A DNA stretch of 64,000 bases from the human T2T-CHM13v2.0 reference genome, Homo sapiens. The DNA lies in NCBI RefSeq assembly GCF_009914755.1, contig NC_060934.1; one strand, 5' to 3'. Below the pieces are notes generated by a model. That model did not search any database and was not told the origin of the DNA. It saw nothing but the letters and a program-made list of their open reading frames with translations. This document shows positions 20,410 through 43,001 of the stretch, piece after piece. The position numbers and the translations under genes are program-made. How positions within the stretch are numbered: position 1 is the stretch's first letter; every line of letters starts with the position of its first letter.

Positions 20410-20625
20410 AACTGCATGGTCCAATATGGCAACCATCAGCCACATAATGCTATTTCAATTTAATATTAAATTAGTTAAAATTAAATAAAATCAAAAATTC
20501 ATTTGTTCGTCAGTTGTACTGGCCACACTTCAAGTGCTCAGTAGCTACATGTGGCTAGTGTCTGTTGTATTCAAAAGAACATTTTCATCAACACAGAAAG
20601 ATCTATGGGACAGAGCTGCTCTATA
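20410..20625 (-). mobile_element. MER3
   Basis: 'gtccaatatggcaaccatcagccacat...cacttcaagtgctcagtagctacatgtggctagtg'. Confidence 0.8.
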
Positions 20626-20911
20626 ATTCAGCCAGAAGGTCAGAAGCTTCATGCCTGAGCACTCTTGTCAGTTAATGTATGTGTATGATGTGAATGATGC
20701 CCTCTTAGGTGTGGTACCTTCGGACTGTGTGCAACATGAACACCGATGTGTGGCGCCCCAACTGCATGCTCATTCATAAACCAAGACTCCTAGGATTGCC
20801 TTGGTCTTAGACCAACCAGGAGTCAGTCCTGGTGTTTGAAATACCTCCTCTCACTGCATGTGACCACTCAAAAGAGAGTGGAAACTACAAAATCAAGACT
20901 GCGGCAACTGA

Positions 20912-21597
<686 letters not shown>

Positions 21598-23049
21598 TTA
21601 CAATTGGCATACAACTCATAAGGTGATCGTATGAGTTAAAATAAAACATCCAGAGCAGTGTGTATAATCCCTAGAGCATAAGTACCTAAGGGATCTTAGC
21701 TTAGGTACTTTAATCATAATCATTATTGACTGATCATCGCATCTCCATTGTGGTTTGACCACCGCCAGAGCAGAGTGTCTCACAAGAATGCCAAAGAAGC
21801 ACTGTGGGGATCCCCATTTCCTGCTGGGCACAACAGAGCAATGGAAGACACTTGTCCCATCTTCTCCCATTGTGGCTTTCCATGAGGGCATTCCTAAGTG
21901 TCTTGGCCCTCTGGTACCCAGGGGCCTTCTGAGTCCTCTAAGAGGGGTTGGTTGTGTACAACAACAGCAGATGCTGAACTCCAAGGGCTGGCCGAGGCAG
22001 CCTGGGCCAAAGAAATTGGGCCCTCCTCCCCCTAAATGAGAGTGCAAATGAACATGCCTGTCACAGCCACCTCCAGAGAGATGAAGGCAGATTCGTAGAG
22101 ATGGGATCTCCCAGATAAAACCTTATAAGAGCTTTGGGCTTCTTGGGAAATAGTCTCGATGAGCACAACAAACAGAGTTGCTTTTATCTTCTTCGCACTC
22201 TAAAGACTGAGTGTTTAATATTCCAAAGCAGGCCAATTTGTCAAACAAAATAATGAACGTTCGTGGTTAGAACTATGCAGCAGCATCAGACACTTTGACT
22301 TCAAAGGCTACACCCTCTTTCATTATCAAAGATTACTAAATATCAACACATTAGGATGAAGCCCACAGTTCATTAATGCTGAATATAATTGCATCAGGCT
22401 GTCCATACTGGCTTTTCCACTGGGCTGAATCTGTTGTTTATCGAGATTTGCTGTAGGGAATATATTTGCATATATAGTGAGAGTAAATGCCTAATAGAGG
22501 AAGAAGTTTACCTCTAAGGTGGTGGTCTTCCCTACCAGACTGGGTCTCCAGGCACAGCTCTCTGCCACCTTCTATTAATCTCATTGTCACTTGACTTAGA
22601 GCAAATACAAAAAAGTGGTTAAGACCCAGCTAGGAAAATGGGTCAATGTACGGAATTTACCTGAAAGAAATTTGAGGAGTTCTTTGTTTGTTTTCAAATT
22701 CTCTATTGCTTCTGTGCATGAACTCCATGTAAAATTGCAGTAAGAAAATTATTTATGTCTGAAACAGGTTAAAATATCTTTCTAGACATCATCTTGAATT
22801 TAACCACAACTGTACTTGTATCCCCAAAGCAAAACTCTGGAATTCCACTGAATGGTGGCATCATCTGGTGGACATAAATGATACTGCAACTCCCCTACAG
22901 TTTCTGTCATCCCTCTGTGAGAAATATTAATTTCTTAATTGTGCTAAATTACTCAGAAATTATCGTAAACCACAGAAGTTTCTTCTATTAAGCATCTTCA
23001 ATTAAGCTGCACATCTCCAAATTGGTATAGCCCTCCTAGACTGTTATAA

Positions 23050-23437
<388 letters not shown>

Positions 23438-23629
23438 TGAACTCCTTGAGGACAAGTCGTTCAACTCTTTTTTATACCTCATACTTCCTACTATCTTAGT
23501 GGGTTCTCAATAACGACTTGTCCAGGACCGAATAATTCACACAACGTATGGATATGTACATTAAAGAGAACAGAATGTGCAACTGCAAGTGTACAGAATT
23601 TGGGGACAAAATCCCAGGGATCTCCTCAT

Positions 23630-24684
<1,055 letters not shown>

Positions 24685-24685
<1 letters not shown>

Positions 24686-24834
24686 TTTTTTTTGAGATGG
24701 AGTCTCACTCTGTCACCCAGGCTGGAGTGCAGTGGTGTAATCTCAGCTCACTGCAAGTTCCGCCTCCCAGGTTCACACCATTCTTCAGCCTCCTGAGTAG
24801 CTGGGTCTACAGGCACCCGCCACCACACTTGGTT

Positions 24835-24867
<33 letters not shown>

Positions 24868-25330
24868 TAGAGACGGGGTTTCACCATGTTAGCCAGGATG
24901 GTCTCGATCTCCTGACCTCGTTATCCACCCACCTCGGCCTCCCAAAGTGCTGGAATTACAGGCGTAAGCCACCGCACCCGGCAAATATAAAAAATTTTTA
25001 CGTGTCAAAAATAAACAAATACACCTGCTGTAGTGGCTCACACCTTTAATCTCAGCACTTTGGGAGGCCAAGATGGAGGATCGCTTGAGGCCAGAAGTTT
25101 AATACCAGCCTGGGCAAAATAGCAAGATCCTGTCTATACAAAACCAAAAATTTTTGAATTAGCCAGGCATGATGGTGCACATCTGTAGTCTCAGCTACTC
25201 ACGAGGCTGAGGTAAGAGGATCAACTGAGGCCAGAAGTTTGAGGTTACAGTGAGCTATGATCACACCACTGCACTCCAGCCTGGGCAGCAGAGCAAGACC
25301 ATGTCAAATAAATAAATACATAAATAACAA
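24685..25330. mobile_element. Head-to-head AluY/Sc (-, ~24685-24983) and AluJ (+, ~25025-25330)
   Basis: 'gttagccaggatggtctcgatctcctgacctcg'; AluJ diagnostic positions. Confidence 0.9.
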
Positions 25331-26651
25331 AACACCAGGGGTTCTTGCTCCAGATCCTCCGTTTGATAGCTGTGTGGCATTTGAGCAATATCTACAAGTT
25401 GCTTTTTGCATCTGTAAATTGAGTATATTAATAGCTCTCTTGCAGCATTATCTTAAAAAATCAATGAGATCATTGGAGTGAAAGAGGAGTGTCAACTGTG
25501 AATCATTATTAGTTGCTCTTACTGTCCTTTATCTTCCTCCTCCCTGGACAGTTGAGCGTGCATTTTTTGCTTTATTGATATTATGTCCATCATGGTCATT
25601 GTGCCATAAAATGGCAAGATAAATTGTCCCTTGAAGCCAGGATCATGCTGGCCATCTCTCTTCTTGGATGTACAGAATAGACAAGGCTCCTTCTTACTCT
25701 GCCACCCCGCCCCAACCAAAACAAACAAACAAAAATCTAGGTACAGGAAAGAGGAAATGTGACTTGGCAGCTGCTCACCAAAGACAACTGGAGTCATCTA
25801 CTTGATTGGAGGTTCCACATGATGAAATTGGACAGCCACAGGGTTGGGAGCTTGTGGGCCCTCGGAGGAGGTTAATAGAAGGGCAGTTTGTGGGGAGGTG
25901 AGAGTTCCCTCTCGCCCCTCTCATATCTGCTCTAAACCAACCACATCTAAGACACTATTTATACCTTTGAGCACCAACCTGTAAAATTTCAACAGGAGGA
26001 AGGATCCCAAGCAGCAGATTTCTCCCTTGGAGAGCTGGTCTCCAAGAGAAAGAGGGAATTGAGCTTCAGGGAAATAGATTTCATTTCTGTATAAGAATAA
26101 ATTTCCTAATAGTCCTGGAGGGAGCGGGACAGAGGGTATTCCAAGTCTAGGGGACTTCCTCCCACTGAAGCTAGACAGAGGGGCTAAGCATCACAGGGCT
26201 GGTAGAACTGACCAGCCTTTGGGCTGAGATCCAATTTGTGAGGCTGTGGTTTCCAGTTCAGTTGACACTGAGGAAGTGGACAGTCCCTCCCTATCTACAC
26301 CCTACAGCCTCTGCCAAGTGTTGCTCTGTGGACCAGCCATGAGGATTCTCCAGGGAAACACAAGAAAGACCGCCTGGCAGAGAGCAGCACATCCCTTAAG
26401 ATGCAGCTTCTAGTCCTGCCCTCAGGGGCTCAGACCCAGGAACCAGGGAGTTGCTAAGTGCTCTGCCCAGCTGAGGGGTGGATCTCACTGTCTGGGACCA
26501 AAGGCTCCCAAGGTTCTCAGCTTATCTCTATACACAGATAATTTACCCTTGACCTTTCCTTACCAACACCCCTTCTCCTTCACCAGAATTTGCTTACCCC
26601 TGCAGCAGATGCTGTAAGTCCTGCTCACATTCCCTCTGCCCACGCTAGCTC

Positions 26652-27985
<1,334 letters not shown>

Positions 27986-28356
27986 AAGCTTTTAATAAAT
28001 ACACTGGCTTTCTGCATCTCTCTTCCTATGGGCGTTTTCTGTCTCAGGCTTGACCCCAGCAGAAAACATTACCAGAGCAACCTTCAATCACTAGATTTGG
28101 ACAAGTTTCCCCAGCTTCCAGACCTTAAGTGGGATGACTCCAAAATAGGGGTCTCCGAGAGTTCCTCTCACTGAGCCCGAGTGGTGCAGAGTGCCCACTC
28201 ACGAAACCCACTTTGCAGGTTTTCCTCCTCTCTGTTTTTCGTGTCCTCACTCCTCCTAATATTTCCTGAGATCACCTCTGCAAAACCTACTTGCACCCAT
28301 GTGTCTTGTTTGCTTTTGTAAAACCTGAACTAACATAGACTCATCACATTACCAGC

Positions 28357-30236
<1,880 letters not shown>

Positions 30237-30874
30237 TAACCTTTCTAGGCTTCAGTTTCCACATTGGTCAAATGGAAATAGTGATAGGATCAATAACATG
30301 TATTGCTGTGTGGGTGCATGGGACAGAACATACAGTTAGTCATTGGTGCTACCCAGTGCTCAGAAATCATTATCTTCTGTTACTGTGACCAATTGTCATT
30401 CCCTGCCTCTTGCATTCTATTTCAGTCCCAGGTAATGATTCTTCTGACACAATGCTTTGGGCCTTTCCATGTTAACATAGTCTTCCAGGACTGTTTTTAA
30501 CACCTTGTCCATTGGTTTTATGAAAGTCATTTTTTTCTTTCTTTCTTTTTTAAGAGACAAGGTGTCTTGCAGGTGTTAGGCAGGCTGGCCTCCAACTCTT
30601 GGGCTCAAGTAGTCCTCCTACCTCTTCTTGTTTGTAAACTGGGAGTAATTATAGCACCTACTTCATTGAGCTGTTGTCTATATTCAATGACAAAAGACCC
30701 CTTGAGGCTTCGCCTAGTTATCTGGAAAGCAGTAAGTGCTCAGTAAATTTTAGCTGCTACTATTACTACTAACAACATGTGAGGGATGATTGGGAAACGC
30801 CAGCACCACAGAACATTCTGGTTGACTGAACCAGAATATGTGGCCTCAAAGCATGCATGCAAAGATCTGATTTG

Positions 30875-31170
30875 AGCCGGGCATGGTGGTGCACACATGC
30901 AGTCCCAGCTACTCGGGAGCCTGAGGCGGGAGAATTGCTTGAGCCCAGGAGTTCAAGACCAGCCTGGCCACACAGCGAGACGCCGTCTCTACAGAATAAA
31001 AATAAAAACATGAGCTAGGTGTGGTGGCGTGCACCTATCATCCCAGCTACTCAGGAGGCTGAGGCAGGAGGATCACTTGAGCCCAGGACGTCGAGGCTTC
31101 AGTGAGCTATGATGGCACCACTGCACTCCAGGCTAGGTGACAGAGTAAAACCCTCACTCTAAAAAATGAA
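30875..31170 (+). mobile_element. Old Alu dimer with a FLAM_A-like left arm
   Basis: Left arm 'gccgggcatggtggtgcacacatgcagtcccagctactcgggag...gagttcaagaccagcctgg'. Confidence 0.8.
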
Positions 31171-31769
31171 AAGTAAACTGGTGTGGGGCTGTTCTCAGTG
31201 ATGAGGCCCTGGACCCATAACTGCTAGGGCTGGGAGGAGTTTGGAAATCTCTTCTGTGCAGTCATCATGGGTCAATGAGGGAGGCTTAGGCCAAGACCCA
31301 CTTCCAACAGAGACTCTCCACCTTCAGCTGTTTACTGTATTAGGGGTCTATCGGAGCACTGATTTGAGGAAAGGATTCTGCCAAGAAGAATGCAGAAAGG
31401 AAGGGACAGAGGAAGAGAAGGAGTTTTAGAACCATTGAGAGTACAACCCCTTCCTTTTACAGATGTGGATTTGAGGCCCAGAGAAGTTCGGTGAGATCTG
31501 CCCCTGAGTTCCATAGCCAGGGAGTTCTCTGCAGGGCCAAGGTTAGAATCAGGCCTCCTCACTGCCCACAAGGCCTGTCCACCACACTGGCTGCTTCAAA
31601 TCCAACGTTGCCTCCAGGGGGCGCTATACCCCTTGTATTGTATGTGCATGGCACCTCCCTGAGGCCCTGCACCTCCAGAATCTTAGCAATTAGATAGTTC
31701 ATAGCCCCAGCGCCATGAAGAAAGATCACAGCTACAACAAGCATGTCTTATGTGTGTACTGTGCCTTAC

Positions 31770-32580
<811 letters not shown>

Positions 32581-33324
32581 ATATGATTCATTGGTATTCT
32601 TGTCTCTCTTGAGCTTTGCAAGAGTTATAAAAGCTGACAAGGGAAGTATCAGATCTACTTCTTAGAAACAGAAATGGACCAAAACCCAGAGGTTAATTTT
32701 ATACTTTATTGCCCAAACTCTAAAGCTTCTCTGCCTCTTAAGAGAAGCCAAAAAGTCCCCTAAAGACCCTAAAAAAAAGCCAGTTTTGAAATAATCTTCT
32801 GATTGAGGCTGCCTAGAACCCAAGTGGATCTTGCAGATTAGGGTCACCTGGGGTCTTTCCACGGTTCGTTCCAGTCCAAGCATAAATCCCCGTGATGCCC
32901 CTATAGCAAAATGGAACCAGCATGGGTTCCAGAACACATGGGCCGAAGTCACATGACCATCTCTTCCAGGGGTGCAATTCTCATTTCTACATGTGAAATG
33001 GATCACCCATATGCTCCCATACATACCCAACCAAAAAAAATCAAGCTGTTAAATGTATGAGTTTATACCACTGCCCTAGGCAGTAGAACAAAAGAATTGT
33101 AAGTCCCTTTAGGAGTTGGATTTCGGGCAAAGAGAAATGAATGGGGAGAAAGATTCTAGGCATGCCAGCCCAGAGAGATACAAAAGGCAGATAGGAAGGT
33201 GGGAGGTTGTATTGGGGGTGACTGAAAAAGATAGTGGCCTAGGAGGTGTGGATGGTGAACAGGGGTCCCCCAGAGTCAAGAAAGAGCCAAGACTTCATGT
33301 AAGGGGCATTGTAGGTATTTTTGG

Positions 33325-34175
<851 letters not shown>

Positions 34176-34219
34176 CTGCTGCTTGTCTTTCCTTTTCTTT
34201 CTTTCTTTTTTTTTTTATA

Positions 34220-34627
34220 ATTAATAGACATTTTTAGAGCCATTTTAGGTTGACATGAAATGGGGTAAAATGTGCAGAGTTCCCGCACAGCCCCTCCCCA
34301 AACACACATTCATCCTCCCCACCATCCACATCCTGACATCCCACACCAGTGTGGGACATTTGTTACCTACATAAACCTACGTTAACATATCACGATCACC
34401 TGGAGTCCATAGTTTACTTTGGGGGTTCTGTCTGTGTTGTGCATTCTATGGATTTGGAAAAATGCATAATGATGCACATCCCCCATTTAAAGGAACCTAC
34501 AGGATAATTTCACTGCCCTAAAAGTCCTCTGTCCTCCCCCTTCTCATCCCTCCGTCCCTTCAAGCCCCTAGTCACCAACAGTCTTCTTACTGTATCCATA
34601 GTTTTGCCTTTTCCAGAATGTCATGTA
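34220..34627 (-). mobile_element. L1MC-type 3' end
   Basis: 'agtccatagtttac...ttcactgccctaaaagtcctctg...ccatagttttgccttttccagaatgtcat'. Confidence 0.8.
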
Positions 34628-35380
34628 ACTTTTCCTTTTGAAAAATAAATTCCTTTCTTTTTAAGTAATACACGTGAAGGTACAACAAACAAAAGATGCA
34701 ATTGTTTTAAAAGTTTCCCTCCTTCTGTCCCACAACCATTCCTCCAGCCTACCAATTTCTTCCCATTCCTATAGATGCAAGTGTGGGATTTGTGCGTATG
34801 TGAGACTTTTGAAGGGAGAGGTTGAAAATGAGGTGCTAGCAAGACAGTTAGCCAAAGAGATCAGTAAACATCTGCAACAATGGAAGAGGAATTCCAGTGA
34901 CAGGTCAGAAGTGAATATGTAGATTTAGGAGCCTCTGCCCAGCCGGTGACTGCTGTGAATGGATGAGCTCTCTGCGGGGGTAGAGAGCAGCAATCCAGGC
35001 CTTGGGGAATTCCTTCATTACAAATATTTATTAGTACCTACAATGCAAGAGGCTCCGTAGGGAGCACAAACCTAAGGAAAGGTGCAAACAAACAAAACCA
35101 AGCTTTGGTCACAGAGGCAAAAGGGAGGGACGGCTACCATAGTGTCAGGGAATGATGCCAAGGAAAGAGCTCCCAGGAAGGACGAAGTCATACCTTTGCC
35201 ACCAGATCAAGAAGTTAAGGCCAAAGGCAGGGGGGAAAAAAAAGAAGAAGAAGCAAAAAGAAGCATTGATGACAGAAAGTTCAGCTGGAGCCTGAGGAAC
35301 AAAGCCATATATTGAATTAATAGGGACTGTGCAGTGAGGAACTAGAGGCTGAAGAAAGACCATTTTACAACAGGTCATAT

Positions 35381-36264
<884 letters not shown>

Positions 36265-36269
36265 TTGGA

Positions 36270-36530
36270 GCCTGTGGTATTCCAGAATTTGGATGATTTT
36301 TGGTTTTAGAAAGGTTATAGAGTACATATATTCTATTATATTCCATGTAACACACCCAGCAGAGTCTGGAATAAGACCCCTCAATCAAACCTATTAATAT
36401 TTCTGCAGTGAATCATATGAATATTCATACCAAGTGGGATAGGTAAAGACTACAAAATTTCAGCTTCTCCTTAAGAAAATCTTTTGGGTTTTCAGAGCTT
36501 CTTAGACTTCAGAACAGATAAGGGACCTGA
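36270..36530. mobile_element. Old TcMar-Tigger-like fragment
   Basis: End 'ggttttcagagcttcttagacttcagaacagataagggacctg' resembles old Tigger termini. Confidence 0.4.
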
Positions 36531-36553
36531 GCTGAATTTCTTTTCAGGGCTTA

Positions 36554-37790
<1,237 letters not shown>

Positions 37791-37948
37791 AGAAAAGCAC
37801 CATCCTAACTGAGTCACTATGACATTGTTTAAAGTTTAAGTTTGCATTGTGGAAAGGACTATTTTAATTTTCTGTTTTTCGAAGGACAGATTCATGGTTA
37901 CAGAAGTGTGCCATTATCGAGTAGATCATTGGTGCAGCTTGTAAGGCT

Positions 37949-38402
37949 TGTGAAAGAAAAATAAATCTTGGGGCCCCAAATCACTAAGCTAAAGGGAAAA
38001 ATCAAGCTGGGAGCTGCTTAGGGCAAACATCCCTCCTATTCTATTCGAAGTCACCCCTCTGCTGACTGAGATAGATGCATATCTGATGGCCTCCCTTGGA
38101 AAGGCTAATCAGAAACTCAAAAGAATGCAACCATTCCTTTCTCGCCTACCTGGAAGCCCTTCCCCATCTTCCTGCCTTTGCTTCAAGTTGTCCCACCTTT
38201 CCAGACCGAATCAGAGTGCTTCTTACATATACTGATTGATGTCTCACATCTCCCTAAGATATATAAAACTAAACTATGCCCCAACCACCTTGGGGACATG
38301 TCGTCAGGACCTCCTGAGGCTGTGTCATGGGCATGTCCTCAACCTTGGCAAAATGAACTTTCTAAATTAACTGACACCTGTCTTGAATTTTTGGGCTTCA
38401 CA
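37949..38402 (+). mobile_element. MER4A-like (ERV1) solo LTR
   Basis: 'tgtgaaagaaaaataaatcttggggccccaaatcactaagctaaagggaaaa...gtcaggacctcctgaggctgtgtca...cttcaca', with 4-bp TSD 'ggct' on both sides. Confidence 0.9.
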
Positions 38403-38522
38403 GGCTTCACTGAAATTTTTCAAGATAAGCTGTTCTACTTCCAGGAAGTGTCTAAAGTCGTTATTACAATGAGATTTCAGATCATGTAAGAATCAAGTAA
38501 GGCATCAATCACTAAAGCAAAG

Positions 38523-38705
38523 GAGTCACTCTTGTGACTCATGAATCATCCCATTTAGGGGCCACTGAGTCACCATGCCATGCTTGGCTGCTATGCTGTA
38601 AACAGCCACCCCGGACCCCACACCCTGTGAGAGTTAAGTGCATCCACTGTCCAGGGTCTTAATTTTGAACTTCTCGCCCTGACCCATTCCTCAGGCCACA
38701 TTCCA
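38523..38705. promoter_or_regulatory. Candidate enhancer: AP-1/TEAD/FOX motif cluster
   Basis: TGACTCA 38535, TGAATCA 38542, TGAGTCA 38566, TGTAAACA 38597, CATTCC 38685 and 38699. Confidence 0.45.
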
Positions 38706-39272
38706 TGCGGGGCTCAGACCTTCTGGCTTTTTACATCACCGCTCATTCTTCCATCTCTGGTTCTCCCCCTCTCTTTAGACTTGGCCTTCAGATTTTCTTC
38801 CTCACTATGACCTTGGCTCCTTCTCAGCCTATCTGTGACTGGATGAATGAATGGATTTTATTTTCTATTTTCTCTTAGTCACTGATTTCATCCTATTGTG
38901 TTCTTGAAACAGTCTAATAAGTTATACATGTCTGCAATGGGAGCAGCATATTTGGTTTTCATCACTGGAGACAGAAAATACTTGCCATTTCAGGAATCTT
39001 TTTATCTTTAATGATTTATTTAATAACATTCTTTGTAGCCCAGAGCTGGTCTTGGAAAATTACTAACATTCTCCATTTGTGGGGCACGGCCAGGCCAATG
39101 AAATGCTACCAACATTGTTATGTCTCCATTGATATCCTATCTGAAGAAAATTGCCATATTAAGAAAGATGTTCTGTTACTAAACATGTTATCTTGCATGT
39201 ATCACCGTGAGGTTGACATGCCTCTACCCCTGCTTTTGGCCTTTAGCAGACTGGATTCAGACTATAGCTATA

Positions 39273-40265
39273 GCAGGGCGCCATGGCTCACGCCTGTAAT
39301 CCCAGCACTTTGGGAGGCCAAGGCGGGTGGATCACAAGGTCAGGAGATCGAGACCATCCTGGCTAACACAGTGAAACCCTGTCTCTATTAAAAAACACAA
39401 AAAAATTAGCCAGGCGTGGTGGTGGGCACCTGTAGTCCCAGTTACTCGGGAGGCTGAGGCAGGAGAATGGCGTGACGTGAACTTGGGAGGCGGAGGTTGC
39501 AGTGAGCCGAGATGGCGCCACTGCGCTCCAGCCTGGGTGAAAGAGCAAGAATCCATCTCAGAAAAAAAAAAAAAGCAGACTACAGCTATAAATACTGTAG
39601 AAATCATACAGGAACAGACAATTTGACCTTTGTTCACACCAGAGTGGAGATGGCAGTAGCGACAAGTGTGACCAACAAAGGGTGGTGGGGAGGCAGAGGG
39701 TACAGACCAGAGGATTATTCAAAAAGGTCAAGATCCAAGTAATCAGAATGAGAATCTGAGCAGAATTCCCTAATAAGAACCAAGGCTGGTTACGGGTTCC
39801 AGAAGCTGAAAATCCACAACCAGAAGCAACCGTTAACAGAGAAGCAAGTACCGGCATCCATCACAAAGACCAGGAGGTCAGCAGTGGCAGGTCAAGGGAA
39901 AGAATCCAGGAAGTCATGAGAACTCCCATAAAAGAAGTGGAAGCTAAGAGCCTTGGTCAAGAGCCAGAGGGTTAGGCTGGGCTCAGTAGTTCATGCCTGT
40001 GATCCCAGAATTTTGGGAGGCCGAGGCAGGTGGATCACTTGAGGTCAGGAGTCTGGGACCAGCCTGGGCAACATGGTAAAACCCCATCTCTCCCAAAAAT
40101 ACAAAAACTAGCCAGGCAGGGTGGCATGTTCCTATAGTCCTAGCTACTTGGGAGGCTGAGGCAAAAGAATAGCCTAAGCCAGGGAGGTGGAGGTTGCAGT
40201 GAACCAAGATTCGGCCACTGCTCTTCAGCTTGGGTGACAGAGTGAGACTCCGTGGAAAAGAAAAA
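39273..40265 (+). mobile_element. AluY/Sc-like (~39273-39575) and AluS/J (~39975-40265)
   Basis: Alu consensus matches. Confidence 0.9.
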
Positions 40266-40908
40266 GAGTCAAAGGGTTGAAAGTATGTTCAACTCTACAT
40301 ACAATAAGAGAAATGCAAGTAAAATTAAAATTATAATGGGAGACCATTGAAAGTATTCATTAAAAATCTAATCAAACCCCTATAATCCAGATATATCACT
40401 TCACAGGAAATACAGGAGATAGAAGAAATGTTAAATGTTAGTACATACTGAATTGGCAAAATCAAGACTGAAAATAAATCTAGAAGACAAATAACGACAT
40501 TCTCTCAACAACAACAAAAAAATTGCAAAGAAAATAGAAGAGATGGAAAAAGGGTACAGCTGTCAACCAACTGCAATGTATAGACCTTATTTGGATCCCA
40601 GTGCAAAAAACTGTAAGAAAATAAAAATTATGAAACCATCTCTGAAAAAAAATAGGCAGAGCATATGTTCATATCCATATACTATGTGAGTTATTCCAGG
40701 CAAGCTATTAATCTGTCTCAATTTTCTCATCTGAAAAGCAATGAATAATGCAATGTATCCCCATAGGATTGTGAGAATTAAGAGATAATGCATATAAAGT
40801 GCTTAGCCAAGTACCTGGTACCTAGAAACCATTAAACAAATGGTAATCATTATGACACCAGTAATCAAAGGAGTGAAGTAATAACAAGACATGAAAATCA
40901 TTGCTGCC

Positions 40909-41543
40909 AGCCGGGCATGGTGGCTAACACCTGTAATCCCAGCACTTTGGGAGGCCAAGGCGGGCGGATCACTAGGTCAGGAGTTCGAGACCAGCCTGGC
41001 CAACATAATGAAACCCTGTCTCTACTAAAACTATGAAAATTAGCCAGGCATGGTGCCAGGCATCTGTAGTCCCAGCTACTTGGGAGGCTGAGGCAGGAGA
41101 ATCACTTGAACCCAGGAGTCAGAGTTTGCAGTGAGCCAAGATCGTGCCACTGCACTCCAGCTTGGGTGACACAGTAAGCCTGTGTCTCAAAAAAGAGAAA
41201 AAGCCCGACGCGGTGGCTCATGCCTGTAATCCCAGCACTTTGGAAGGCTAAGGCGGGTGGATCACGAAGTCAGGAGTTCAGGACCAGCCTGGCCAAAATG
41301 GTGAAACCCCGTCTCTACTAAAAATACAAAAATTAGCCGGGCCTGCTGGCAGACACCTGTAATCCCAGCTACTTTCGAGGCTGAGGCAGAGAATTGCTCA
41401 AACCCAGGAGGCAGAGGTTGCAGTGAGCCGAACTCATTCCACTGCACTCTAGCCTGGGCGACAGAGCGAGACTCCATCGCCAAAAAAAAAAAAAAGAAAA
41501 AGAAAAAAGAAAAAGAAAATTATTACCATCTGACAATATATAC

Positions 41544-41586
<43 letters not shown>

Positions 41587-41880
41587 AATTTTTTTTTTTG
41601 AGACGGAGTCTTGCTCTGTTGCCCAGGCTGGAGTGCAGCGGCAGGATCTCAGCTCACTACAACCTCTGCCTCCCGGGTTCAAGCAATTCTCTGCCTCAGC
41701 CTCCCGAGTAGCTGGGATTACAGGTGCCCACAACCAAGCCTGGCTAATTTTTGTATTTTTTAGTAGAGACAGGGTTTCACCATCTTGGCCAGGCTGGTCT
41801 TGAACTCCTGATCTCGTGATCCACCCGCCTCAGCTTCCCAAAATGTTGAGATTACTGGCATGAGCCACTGAGCCCAGCCC
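40909..41880. mobile_element. Two sense Alus (~40909-41520), a (TG)n(TA)n microsatellite (~41536-41586) and an antisense Alu (~41590-41880)
   Basis: Read directly from the sequence. Confidence 0.9.
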
Positions 41881-42524
41881 TTTTTATATTTTATGATAGG
41901 GCAGTAATCAGGACTTAAGCCCGGTTGTTCCCAAACTGGAAAGAATGAGCAGGAACATAATTGCACCTGATCAAATGAGGGCCTTACAGCTGCAGGGGAA
42001 TCCTGACACCAGCTGGGTATGAGAGGAGCAACTCAGTATTCACGGAGATCATGAAGGACTGTCCAGAAGACAAGCATGCAGCTCATTGCTCAGCTAAATG
42101 ATCTCCATTTGATGTCAATTTCAACCCAAACCAGCAGCAATAGGACTGAAGTGCCTTTTGTCCTCAAATTTGTTTTTCTAAAATATGCTTTGGAATTGTG
42201 CCCTTGGCTCACTTAGTTGCTTAACAGCAAATATATGAAACTGGCTACTGAAAATGTAATGCTGTGGACGTTGTCCCTTACTGGTGTAATGCCCCCTTTC
42301 TCAGGGCCTTTAAGAGATTATCACAACCACAGTGTCAGGACTTCTCCAGAGCACCCAGCGTGTGTTAATCTCATGGAAGTAAGCCTGGTCTTACTCTTTG
42401 CTTTGAGCTTTAGGAAACTCACAACTAAATTTGGGCCCCTTTGAATGATGATACAGACCCTTCAATTATGCAGTTCACTGAAAATATATTTTCCTTAGTT
42501 TAATTTTAATATTCTGAGGCTAGA

Positions 42525-42730
42525 TAGTGGGTCAGAAACTACAGTCAAAGGGCAAACCCAATCTGGTGCCTGCTTATTGTTCCATTGAAGATGCTTATTC
42601 ACTTGCCTGTTGTCTGTGGCTGCTTCTGTAGCACAACAGCAGATAATTGCAACAGAAACTACAAGGCCCAAAAAGCTAAGACTCTTTACTCTCTGGCCCT
42701 GTACAGAAAACATTCATCAACCCCTTCTCT
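42525..42730. mobile_element. MER58A-like
   Basis: 'gggtcagaaactacag...attgcaacagaaactacaaggcccaaaaagctaag...ctggccctgtacagaaaac'. Confidence 0.7.
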
Positions 42731-43001
42731 AGACTTACCTTTTTCTAACTTTTTCTCTTGATCTTTACCCTGTTATGGGTGTTTTATAAATCCATTTTAG
42801 AAGAAAGCAGGTTGTAAAGAATCTAATAAGGAAGCAAGGCCAAGAGGGCCATGTGATGCTGTGTGGTCCTCAGTGACACCCAAACACACCCACACTAAAA
42901 TGTCTGTGGGAAATTGGAACCACTCTCCCTGCTGTCAGCATAGACAGTCTATCCACTGCATGAGTTGTAGTCAGAGTAAAGAGAACCATCCTCCATCTCA
43001 A

